64,000 bases of DNA from a virus, in the IMG/VR virus record IMGVR_UViG_3300030004_000009, positions 1 to 64,000 of that record; one strand, written 5' to 3'. Within the stretch, counting starts at the first letter, position 1, and every line of letters starts with the position of its first letter. The notes under the pieces are model-generated. The model worked only from the letters and a program-made list of their open reading frames with translations, did no database searches and was not told where the DNA came from. This document shows positions 41,001-52,200 of the stretch, in pieces. The translations under genes were made by a program, and so were the position numbers.

Positions 41001-44000
41001 TTCATTATATAAATGACACAAAGAGTTTTGGCCCTAAAACTAGACTTGAAATTAAAGGTGAATTAATAGATAACATCTCTCACTATGAAGGTAATCCTAA
41101 TAAAACATCTGAAAGTTTTAAAGTAAAATATAATAAACAGTTAGTTAACTTTGCGAATGACTTACGTGAGATTGGATTTACTTTTGATCCATTAGCTAGA
41201 GAAACAATTACTAGACTTTATCATAAATTAGGTGGTGAGTTTGGTAATAAAGCTAATATGTTTATTACTAGCAGTAACATAGAAGCCAAGAAGTTTAGTG
41301 ATATTCACCCAGCTATTATAAAGTATTTTTGGGATCATAACCTTCTCGAACAGAATTTAATGCACGCAAGTGTAGGAGATTCATCATTCTATAAAGGTAA
41401 TAATGAAAATACATCATGGTTAACTAATATTAAACGTAATGTTTGTTTTACAGCTACTATACGTCCTTTTTCATTAGGTCTTGAAACTGGAGTTGAAGAC
41501 CATACTCGTACAGCATTTGTTGATGATATGACTTCCATGTTTAAAGGTATACTTGGTGATAGTTCTCAAGTAGTTGATTGGGATGGTGCTTCACTTAAGA
41601 CCATGACTCAATGTCTTAAGACATGGAATTCTCTTAATGGTAAATTTAATGGTAATGGTGGTACAACTCATAAACCATTCATATCTCATTATGATCCTAC
41701 AACAGCACATTTTGGTATAACTAAATTTGCTGACTTTACCATGACTAATGACTTAATACGTCAAACTATAGGTTCAAATGTAGACTTAATGGAACTTCAT
41801 AAACAACTTTATGCTACTGATATATCAAATGTCGATATAACTAAATCTTGGAAAGATGGTGTTAATTTAAGTACACACAATGATGTTTATTATTACAAAC
41901 GTGGTATAGACTTTGAGACAGGTTTATATGGCACACTTCATAAGTTAGATTCTATTACATTCTTAGCTAAAGATATTGATGGTAAGTCTAAGTATATAGT
42001 TACGACACGTAATATGTCAATTGCACCTGATAAACCAGTATCTAAGCCAATGCAAATTAATACAATGTTTGACTTATGGCACATCTTAGGTGGTATTGAT
42101 TCAGTAGAACATACAGATTTAGAAACTCAATTTCATTATAGAGATGGTGATACTAAACTTTATCTTACTGGAAATTATAAATCAGCTGAAAAGTTACTTG
42201 AATATGAAAGTTATATCGGTAATAAAGGTGAAACTATAATACCAGAAAGTTATGTCAGTGGTAATGATAATGTAAAACGTGGCTATCAAGCTTATAAACA
42301 ACTGTTTAATGATAACGGATTAGTTAGTTCACATATTAATCTTATTGATAAATATACTAAACAACCTATTAACGAGAGTCAATTAGCTTTAGAAATAGGA
42401 CAACACGATATAAAGACTAAAGACCCTAAAGAGTTTATAACCATATTAAATCAATATAAAGATAATCTTCAAGACTTAGTAGAGTATGCTAATAAAGGAG
42501 AAAGTCAACTTTCACGACCTTATCAGAGGTTTAAAGGTAAGAACATCGATCGCATTACATTTGCAGGAGCTCAAAAGGTTGGACAGTTTAATATGAATAA
42601 TATTGAAACAGTTCACTTGAAAAAGCGTTCTGACTTCTTACAGGGTAAAGAAGATCCAGGAATACCAGGAGTTACTCGTTTAATAACTCATCAAGTTTCT
42701 AACTTTAATGCAGGTATACAGCTATCAGCTTTTCACGAAACTGATAATACAGTTGTAACTACACCAACTCAAATGCTTAATGGTCTTATATTTAACGCTA
42801 AGAGTCTTGGGAAAGTACAGCAAATGTATAGAGCTATTGGAAATATAGTTGATCAAGAGCTTACTTATATACTAAACCAAGAACAACATAATATTCCTGA
42901 ACTTGTAAGAGCTCTTAATACTCAACCTCCAGATGGTAGTAAAGACTCTAATGGTAACAAGTTAACACCTGGTAAGTGGTATGAACAGAATAGAGATAAA
43001 CTACTTGATATTTTTCATAATATAATGCAGAATAAAGTAGCAAAGGATGATAAAGATGAGTTTACTCTTGAAGGTTTGATTGTTAATATGTTTAATAGTA
43101 AAGACATGCCTTTTGACGATCCTCAAATCTTTCATTCAGCTATTGCAGAATTAACTAACTATCTTACTAAAACAGGTATTCGTACTAAGTTTGATGGTTT
43201 ATTTGCAGTTCTACATCCAGCTTCCGAATTTATGCAAGTTAGAGAAGTACAAGGTGGTTATATGCCAGTTAAGACTGATGAAGGTGGTTACACTACTATT
43301 AAGTTAGAACCAGGAGAGACAAGAGTTCTTCAACCTGCTGAATTTGCTGATTATAAAGCTCTTAATGAGCATTTGATAGAACATCATAATATAGATCCTA
43401 CTAACACACCAGAGTTTAAAGAATGGTTTAATGGTTCTAAAGTAGTTGATAAGGAAGGCAAACCTTTACTTGTATATCATGGATCACCTAATAAATTTGA
43501 TAAGTTTAATGACCTCCCTACATGGTTTACTTCTTCAAGAGAATCTGCACAAGCTTATTCTGCTGGAGAACATCCTGATTTAACTAAGAGTCAATACATA
43601 CAACTAATACATGAGTATGAAGAGAAATTAAAAACTAATCTATCTCCTCAAGAGAAACAAAGTACTGAAAAGGCATTAAAAGAGCTTACAGATCTACGAG
43701 ATAGTGGTGATGTACATGAAGCTTATCTTAATATACAAGATCCTACTAAAATAACTGCAGGTTATACTCCAGGTGAAACACATTATGTAGTAGATCACCC
43801 TAATCAAATTAAATCTCTTAATGACGATAGAAATGCTCTAGATAATGCAGAAAAAATAAGGAAACATGCTCAAACACATCAATACACTGAACCTCGTAAT
43901 CTTAAAGGACAACAAGTAACATTAAATTATGCTGATGGTACTAAACAAGCTCTTAGTTATGACGATGATAGTGAACAACAGTTAATACCTGAAGCTAGAG

Positions 44001-45724
44001 CATTAGACCTTATAAGAAGTAAGGTTGATGAATATAAAAAGCAACTTGATGATAGTTCTTACATTCAATTAAGTGATAAGGATAAAATTGCTGAACTTCA
44101 AACTAAACATAAACAGTTTTCTAATGATCTTGAGGAATTACGTACTATAAGGGAGAGTGATAATGAGTTATCTGGTTGGTCTCAACGTAGTGATAATAAT
44201 TATGAAGTATCTTCTAAAGGTGATGCAAGATTTAGTGCTTTAACTGCTAAGTTTAAACCTAAAACAATAATAGATGGTAAAGATGTAGGTGGTAGAACTA
44301 TAGAAAGTGTATATCAAACTGATATTAAAAGATCAGGTAAAGGTAGACCTCCTTCTAAAGATTCTATAGTTTATAATCCTTCATTAAAAACTTCACAGGA
44401 ACAGGAAGATTATTCATATTCTAAAGGTTATAAACCTTTATGGGATGAATGGGCTAAACAAAACCCTACTCTAATCAAAGAGTTACGTGATAAATCTAAA
44501 GGTAAAACTTTAACTGATCAGTTTGCTAATACAAGAGTTTCTCAAGCTAGAGCACTTAGTGACATATTAAACGAATCTAATAAACTAAAGCATCCTGAGA
44601 TTGCACATGTACTTGATAATTATGTTAAAGAGTTACAAGGGATATTAAAAACAAGTATTAAACGTGATGATAAAGAGCAAAGTATAGATGATATAAAACC
44701 TCAACAATCACCAGTAGGAGATCCTTATAAATTCTCTTATGAAAACTTTAGTCAAAGTAAGAAGTATCGTGATGGTAAAATAAAGCGATTAGAACGTGAT
44801 AAAACAGCAGAAGGAGTTAAACAGTTATTAATAGCTAAAGAACACGAATATCTTGATAAACTGAATAATGTAGGTTTACTTTATACTGGTAGATTACAGA
44901 AATTCTTAGATGAAGCTAGTAATGGTTATATTGGACCTAATGGTCAAGTATCTTATATACCACAATCTCTTCAGAATCCTGATCTATTTGAAAATGCTCA
45001 TAAGACACAAAATGCTAAAGTAGAAGTATCAAGGGCTGAATGTATTGCTCCAATAGTAGCAAGACAAAACTTCTTACTTCAAGAAGGTGATACTGTAGGT
45101 TCAATAACTAAAGACTTAATTAAGAAACGACTACTTAAAACACTTGATTATTTTAAAACTGATGCTGATGGCGTTATAATATCACAAAGTGGTAGAAAGA
45201 TATTCTTACATACTGGCTCAGAAGGTCCTAATAGTATTAGTATAGAAGAACATCCAAATGTAGGTGTTTATTTCACTAATGGTAAAAGCACTAAGTGGTT
45301 TACTAACGATTCAGGTGATAGATTGTTTCAAGTACCTACAGGAATGACTGTAAGTAATACTAATAATGAACTTCATATCTTCTTAAATAATAAATATCAA
45401 ATACAAGATAATCCTTTAATTCAAAATTTAAATAATGGTTTAGGTCGTCAATTACTTAGTACAGATAGTGGTAATATTAAAGATACTTATAATATTTTAA
45501 TCTTTGATAAGGATAGACAAGCTGCATATAATAAAGCAGTAATTGGTTTAGAAGATAGAGCACAGAAAATGTTTACTTCGTGGCAAGTTTATCTTGATAA
45601 ATTGATAGGCACACGTGTTCCAGGACAGCACTTTCAATCCTTTCAAGGTATGAAGATTGTAGGTTTTGCAGAAGGAAATCATATGCATGTACCAAACTCA
45701 GTTATAAAACTGAGTGGAGCGGAT
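38060..45724 (+). CDS. virion DNA-dependent RNA polymerase (crAss-type two-barrel), exon 1 of 2 (spliced 3596 aa)
   Basis: WDG...HKP...TKFA beta-like motifs, then R.P.Q and LSGAD, which after splicing becomes SGADFDIDK (the DxDxD catalytic motif). Confidence 0.9.
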
Positions 45725-46042
45725 TAACTAAGAAGTCAAAGTCCGCTTAAAACCTTGTGATATGCTGGAAACCCATGAAGGTGTAGAAACTACAAAGTAA
45801 CTAGTAATAGTAAGCTTGAATGTTTGAAAATTCTACATTATATGGCAATCAGCAGGCAGATTATCCTGAAAGACGGATTTTCGCCTCAGAGACTATCGAA
45901 ACAGCGTTAAGGCTAACGTAATGGAGTAGAGTAGGTGTCAAGTGACATCGAAGTGCAAGGCATTCGTAAGAATGATGATATAGTCCGGCCTCATATGAAA
46001 GTATGAGAGTTGTAATGGAAACGATTACAACGCAACAATTCG
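45725..46042 (+). ncRNA. group I intron 5, inside the RNAP catalytic motif (318 nt, no ORF)
   Basis: P1 is GCGGAU/GUCCGC. GUCAAA pairs with the 3' exon UUUGAC (P10). Core elements ATATGCTGGAAA, AATCAGCAGG, CTCAGAGACTA and GATGATATAGTCC. Terminal G46042. Confidence 0.93.
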
Positions 46043-49000
46043 TTTGACATCGACAAACAGAACGTTATATATCACTCAATTGATAATAATGGCATTCTAA
46101 CAGGTTGGCATCCAGCATTTGATTATAGTAGTAAAGAATCTTTACTAGAGAGCTTAAAATTACCAATTCCTTCTAAAAGGACTATAAGTGACTTTACGGC
46201 TGAAACTACTCCAACTGGTGATATTGTAGATCCATCTAAGTTAATTAAGTTTGGTGGAGATGAGTCTGGATCACATTTAGATCTTAATAATCCTTACGTA
46301 TTAAACGGTATATACTCCCTACTTGATAAAGATTATAGATTAGATGGAGAGAAACATCAAGCAATAGTACAGAAGTTATTAGAATATGAACAAGCTCCAA
46401 CAGCTTTAAATGGTGTTAAGAATTTTGCAGTATCAACTACGAATCAAGTTATTGAGAATCCTTCTAACTTCTTATATTTAGCTAATGGTGTTAGTACTGA
46501 TACTATAAAACAATTTTCAAGTAGAACTAATAAAGCAGAAATTGCTAATAACGATCGTAAAGAAAATCCAGCTGCAATTGCAAGAGCAAGGTATAATAAT
46601 ATGGTTGGTAAGACTGGTATTAGTGTAATGGCTTCTCAAATGAAGAACTTATCTGCTATTCAATACTCAACTAATAGTGCTCTTCGAGAAGTGAGTAATT
46701 TATTTGATAAACAGAAAGCTTATGAAGGTAAGTTAGAGAACTATAACTATCATCTTAACGCTATTCATAGTGTTGATGATCTTTACATAGGTCCGCATAA
46801 GAAAGAGCAATTAGAAACTGCTATTCAAATATTACGACAAAGGATTGAAGATATAAAACATGAGATTAATGTTAAAATAAATAATATAGGTGGTCCTTAT
46901 ATAACTTTACCTAATGTAAATTATCATATCTTTAGTGAAAAGTTTGAGAATGAAGATAGTCCTATTGTTACTTTACATTATAATTACGATACAGATAAGT
47001 TTGAGGCAGATAAGAGACTTAGTCATGCTAAGATAGCATCATCTTTTGATGTTGACTCTGCTGATTTTTATTCTCAACTTTTATCTTCTGCAACAGATAA
47101 TGCTAAAGAACTTGATTTAGGTAAATTAAACGCTACACCAGCAGTTATGACTATTTATCCTTCAAGAGCTCTTTTAAGTAAGTCATTTGAAGAGTCAGTT
47201 GATAATATGGTATCACCACTTACTGATATGTTAATTCGTAATGCAAGTAGTAACATCTATGATAAAAATACAACTGAAAATAGGATAAGTGATCTTCTTA
47301 ATAAAGTTGAACAAGCAATGTATGATGGTAAATCAGAAGCTTTATTAAGATTAAAACCTATTGCTATAAACGCTCTTGAAACTAATTATAAATTACGTTT
47401 AAATAGAGGTTTTATTACAGATTTAAATACAGGTAACATCTATGATATTGAGGAAATTAATAGATTTAAAGAATTATTCTTTAAACCTGCACAAACTGCT
47501 ACACTACTTGCTGGTTATCTAAGTATCAATCAAGGTATAAAAACTAATAGTTGGGACTTATATAACTTCGCTAATCGTTTACAAGATAAAATTAATGGTA
47601 TGTATATTACTAATAAGTATCAACCTACCTTTAACTTTAAGGACTTTTTAGACAGTTTAGCTAATAATGGTTCATATCATCAAAATCATATTAATCAGAC
47701 GTCACCTTTATTTAGAGCTTTAGGTCTTAACTTTAATCCTTTAAATATTTTAGCAACTAATGAACATTACGCTAAACAATTAAGTGCATTTAACTCTGCT
47801 AATACTATATTACGTGAATCTTCGTATAGAATTGATAGTATGTATCATTTTGTTGATAAGTTACGTGATATGGGTTATATAGGGCCTACAAGTAATATTA
47901 AAGAACAGGATTTTAATGAAGTTGAGAAATTTGTTGAAGCTAATATTATACATACTTTTCTCAAATCAGAAGATAATAACTCAAGTAATAATGATGAAAA
48001 ACCTATCTTCTATATAAAAGGTCGTGATGTTACTTTAACTACTAAAGAAGGTCGTAAAGAGTTTATAAACTGGATGCAAACTGACTTCTTACGTAATATA
48101 CAGGAGAATTCAATACTTAAGGGTAATCCTTTTACACAAGACTTACGACTTGATAATAAACAAGATTCTTTATTATTTAATAAAGTTGATTTTATGAAAC
48201 TTCAAATGGATACTACAAATGTGAAAACAAATGTAGAACAAGGTCCTTTTCGTGATGCTTATGTATCAGGTCTTAAAGAAGTATATGATAATAAATATAC
48301 AGATTTAAATGGTAATAATATCTTTAACGCTCTCTTTTGGTATAATCTAATACTTAATAAGAATAATATAACTAAAAATAGTTATGCGAAGTTACTAGGT
48401 GATGTTATGTGGGCTGATAATAAAGATCCAAATGTCTATTCTCGTTTATTTGAACTTAAAGGTAAAATAGGAAAGTCTAGTGATGTAGAACTTAATTTAG
48501 GTACTCCACAAAAGTTTTTCGTTAATGAAGCTGATACAGTAGGTACAGAAAGTGAAAACTTTTATAAATTAAGTATTGCAGGTATCCCATTCGATTTACG
48601 GAATCTTGCTTATTATTTTGAAGTTGGAACTACTCATAGATTACCTTTAGCAAGACGTGATGATTTTGATGACTTTTATAATGAACAACCTGAAGACTAT
48701 AGTAATGAAGAAACAGGTAATGTAGATGGTGGTGTTAATTTAGATAATCATTCATATGATTATAACGATAATAATGGTGACGACAATAACGATGATAATA
48801 CTGAAGAAGCTGCTAAGATACCACGTAACTATATGTATATTGATAGGTGGAAACAACTAGAAGTTCCTGGTACAAGAGTTGTAATTAGAGTTAATGGACA
48901 ATCTCAAGAGGAAAATATAAATGAATCTACGACTACTATGCCATTAAAAGATGGAAATTTTGAATTATCTAATAGTCTTAATTATAATCCATTTGTTAAA

Positions 49001-49168
49001 AAATCAGTTGAATTAAGACCTGATCAAAATGAAGCATTTAACTATTGGAAACTCGCTACTGATAATATACACAATTTCTTGTCACGACTTAGTGATACTA
49101 CAGATATACAAATAACACATAATGGTGTCACTGAAAAGTTTGATAAAGACAAAAATTATGACTGCTAA
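46043..49168 (+). CDS. virion RNA polymerase, exon 2 of 2
   Basis: The frame is open from FDIDKQNVIY (46043) through ORF 46601-49168. Contains GKTGI and SQLLSSATDNAKEL motifs. Ends in Cys. Confidence 0.9.
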   Translation, partial: FDIDKQNVIYHSIDNNGILTGWHPAFDYSSKESLLESLKLPIPSKRTISDFTAETTPTGDIVDPSKLIKFGGDESGSHLDLNNPYVLNGIYSLLDKDYRLDGEKHQAIVQKLLEYEQAPTALNGVKNFAVSTTNQVIENPSNFLYLANGVSTDTIKQFSSRTNKAEIANNDRKENPAAIARARYNNMVGKTGISVMASQMKNLSAIQYSTNSALREVSNLFDKQKAYEGKLENYNYHLNAIHSVDDLYIGPHKKEQLETAIQILRQRIEDIKHEINVKINNIGGPYITLPNVNYHIFSEKFENEDSPIVTLHYNYDTDKFEADKRLSHAKIASSFDVDSADFYSQLLSSATDNAKELDLGKLNATPAVMTIYPSRALLSKSFEESVDNMVSPLTDMLIRNASSNIYDKNTTENRISDLLNKVEQAMYDGKSEALLRLKPIAINALETNYKLRLNRGFITDLNTGNIYDIEEINRFKELFFKPAQTATLLAGYLSINQGIKTNSWDLYNFANRLQDKINGMYITNKYQPTFNFKDFLDSLANNGSYHQNHINQTSPLFRALGLNFNPLNILATNEHYAKQLSAFNSANTILRESSYRIDSMYHFVDKLRDMGYIGPTSNIKEQDFNEVEKFVEANIIHTFLKSEDNNSSNNDEKPIFYIKGRDVTLTTKEGRKEFINWMQTDFLRNIQENSILKGNPFTQDLRLDNKQDSLLFNKVDFMKLQMDTTNVKTNVEQGPFRDAYVSGLKEVYDNKYTDLNGNNIFNALFWYNLILNKNNITKNSYAKLLGDVMWADNKDPNVYSRLFELKGKIGKSSDVELNLGTPQKFFVNEADTVGTESENFYKLSIAGIPFDLRNLAYYFEVGTTHRLPLARRDDFDDFYNEQPEDYSNEETGNVDGGVNLDNHSYDYNDNNGDDNNDDNTEEAAKIPRNYMYIDRWKQLEVPGTRVVIRVNGQSQEENINESTTTMPLKDGNFELSNSLNYNPFVKKSVELRPDQNEAFNYWKLATDNIHNFLSRLSDTTDIQITHNGVTEKFDKDKNYDC

Positions 49169-49172
49169 CAAT

Positions 49173-49196
49173 AGGAGAGAGTTTAAACTCTCTCCT
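49173..49196. repeat. perfect 24 nt palindrome (terminator or processing hairpin)
   Basis: AGGAGAGAGTTTAAACTCTCTCCT between the RNAP stop and the next ATG. Confidence 0.75.
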
Positions 49197-49209
49197 TTAT
49201 ACGAAAATT

Positions 49210-52200
49210 ATGAAAAGTAACTGTATAATTACTATTAAAATTGGTGATAAAGAAATACAATTAGATCCAGGAGCTAATATTAGTCAAGAAGATTTCAATG
49301 TACTTGCTAAAACAATGCCAGCTGATAAGTTAAGAGAGTTATATAGTGATCTTAAGAGTAATATTACTCTTGATGATATTTTAAAAAGTAATGATGCTAA
49401 TCTTATTAATGCTGGTAAAGAGTATTATCAAAGTTTAATTAATGACACAAAAGATAAGTTTTTAACTATTCTTAAAGCTATTCAACTTGAGAAAGATCCC
49501 GAAAGATTAAAAGAACTAATAACTTATGCTTCCTCTTTAGATCCTAAAGAGAAACTTACACATGGTAATTTTATGATTGATCCACAAGATAGTTATAAAA
49601 GTTCTCCATATAGTCCTGATCAAATAAAAAACCTAGTATTTAGTAAAGTTGGTGATAAAGTACAATTATTTAATGATTTATTAAAACTTCCAGGAATGGA
49701 GTCAGTTAAAATGTCTATAGCTTATGCATCTGAATGGAATAATGATCCTAAATTTACTAAAGTTGGTGGTGCTTATATAAGTCCTGATAACATAGTACAA
49801 ATTGTATTACCTCCTATACCTACACATATAATTAAAGGAGTTCCTAGTAAAGTTTTAACTATTAACCAAGAAAATATAACAAAGACTGCTAAAGCACAAG
49901 TACAAGATGTACTTATTCATGAGTTATTACATGCTGTATATTCAGAACTTTACCGTTCTAATTCTATTTTTAAAAAACAGATTGATAATATTTATGATAA
50001 GGCAATACAAGAGAAACCAGAATTAACTAAGAAATATGGTGAGAAAAAGAATGATGAAGGTAAACATGAGTTTATAGCATCTATATTTAACGATGGTACT
50101 TTACAAAACTTATTAACAGATATTCCAAGTGAAGATGGTAATGTGTCTCTATTTGATTCTTTTACTAATCTACTAAACAAAGATAAAAATGGTGTAGTTC
50201 CAGGCATTACGAAGCCAACACTATTACGTGATTTCATAAATATTATTAGTGCTAAGATACCTATAATAGGCTCTAAAGAACTATTAGATACTGTAGCTGC
50301 TAATGAAGCTATACAAGACGATCGTAATATCTTCTATATAGGTGGTTCAACCCCAATCGATGACGAAGAAAATATGTCACCTAATGATCAAACTGATACT
50401 AAGTATGGTAATAATAGAAAAGCTTTCTATGCAAATCAACGATTTAATGAGAAATGGGGCGATAACTCTTTTAAACGAGATAGTTACTTTAAAGGAACAG
50501 AAAGTGATCCTAAACCAGCTCGTCTAGATATTTTACGTCCTGATGATGTTATTATTATTCCTTGGGTTAATTATGTTAAAGCCACTCAAGTAAATGGAGT
50601 TAAAATACCAGGTTACTATCAAGAAGTAGGTGGTGTTATGAAAGAAATAGTTGGGAAAGATGGTAAACCAAAATTAGTACCTGTAATGAAAGGTGATAAA
50701 CTTGCCCCACCAGTTCCAATTATACGTGATGAAAATGGTAAAATACAAAAGACAAAAGAGGGTTATATTGTAGAAGAGCGAACACAAGCCTTTCCTGTTA
50801 TATATCCTAATATTAATAGTCAACATATTACTGTAGCTAAAACTACTCTAAAAATAAATGATGAATTTAGACCTATACCTATTAAAGGTAAATCAGATTC
50901 TAGTAGTGGATATAACACAATTTCATTTCCATACTCACTTATTAAAGGGGTACGAGAGTTAGATCGCTCATATTTTGATCATAATACTGATTATACAAAA
51001 CAACTTAATGATACTAAAGCTGAACTTACAAAAGTAGAAAAGTTAATAGCTAAATTAGATCCAAAGAATACTATTAATAATGAGAAGTTATTTGATGACC
51101 AACAATTCTTAACAAATAGAGTTAAGAAATTACCTGAATTAGTTCAGAAAGCTGCCGATATAAAAGCTCAAATTAAAGACTTATACAAGACTTATATTTT
51201 TGAACATAATGAAGGTGGTAAAACTTATATGAATGTCGCAAAACATGAATATATAGGTTATAGACCAAATGTAGATGTAACTAATCATGAATTTAGAGAT
51301 TCACCTGCTTTTAAATTATGGAAACATCCAACTCTAAAAACAATAGATGGTAAACCTCAATGGTATGTAGCTCCTAATACAAATATTTTTGATGTTTTTT
51401 GGGACGGTGATGTAGCAAAAGACTATGCTAGACACTCTGAACAGTTATCAAATGCTATATCGGCAGGTGACCTTGTAAGAAGTAAGGGTGATGCAGAATT
51501 TCCTATTGCAGGTACAGATATAATGCAAAAAGTTAAACTTAATCGATGGTACACTGTAGTTAAACGAGTTGCTAATGGAATACAAGTAGCAACTCAAGAA
51601 GGTCAAGGTATGATTATTCCATTTAATATGGTTAATGCATATGCTAAAAATAAACGTACTAACGATTATCAATCTATGTTAAGTGACTATAAACAACAAG
51701 TTATAGACTTTAACGATGATGCATTCATTAATATTAACGGTAAGACTACATACTCATCTGAAATAAAAGGTAAAAAGCTTATTAATCCACCAATTCAAAG
51801 GACTAATAGTGATGGACAACCTATAGAAACAGAAGAAGAATCAAGTGTACGTTTTGATAATAACCTAGACCTTATAAAAAGTAGAATACAGCCAGGAGAA
51901 TCTTTTGTACGTATTTCTAAACGTTATACTAATGACTCAGGTAAAACAGTTACTTATCCACTTAATGGTTTAGTTCTTGCTAAAACTGATGATGCTCTCA
52001 TAGTGTTTACAGCAGAAGACTTAAGATCTAGTACACACGATCCAGTTACTATAATACAAACAATAAAATATGATTCTAGATTAACACCTGAAAGTGGTTT
52101 AGAAATCACGCATGTAATGGAGAATACTGCTCATGCCAGACGTGCATATGAAGAGTTTGCAGCTGAACGGGGTAAATATGAAACTAATAAGCAAACTGCT

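Noticed and set aside
48655-48815. Asp/Asn-rich low-complexity tract in RNAP exon 2 as a possible mobile insert
   Set aside because: It is in frame and has no boundary features; best read as an acidic linker.
46601-49168. Separate 855 aa gene
   Set aside because: The frame is open back to 46043 and carries FDIDK, so this is exon 2 of the RNAP.
38060-49168. Inteins in the RNAP, or split-intein ligation as the explanation for the terminal cysteines
   Set aside because: I see no intein block motifs (C1...TxxH...HN-C/S/T) at the inserts or the termini.
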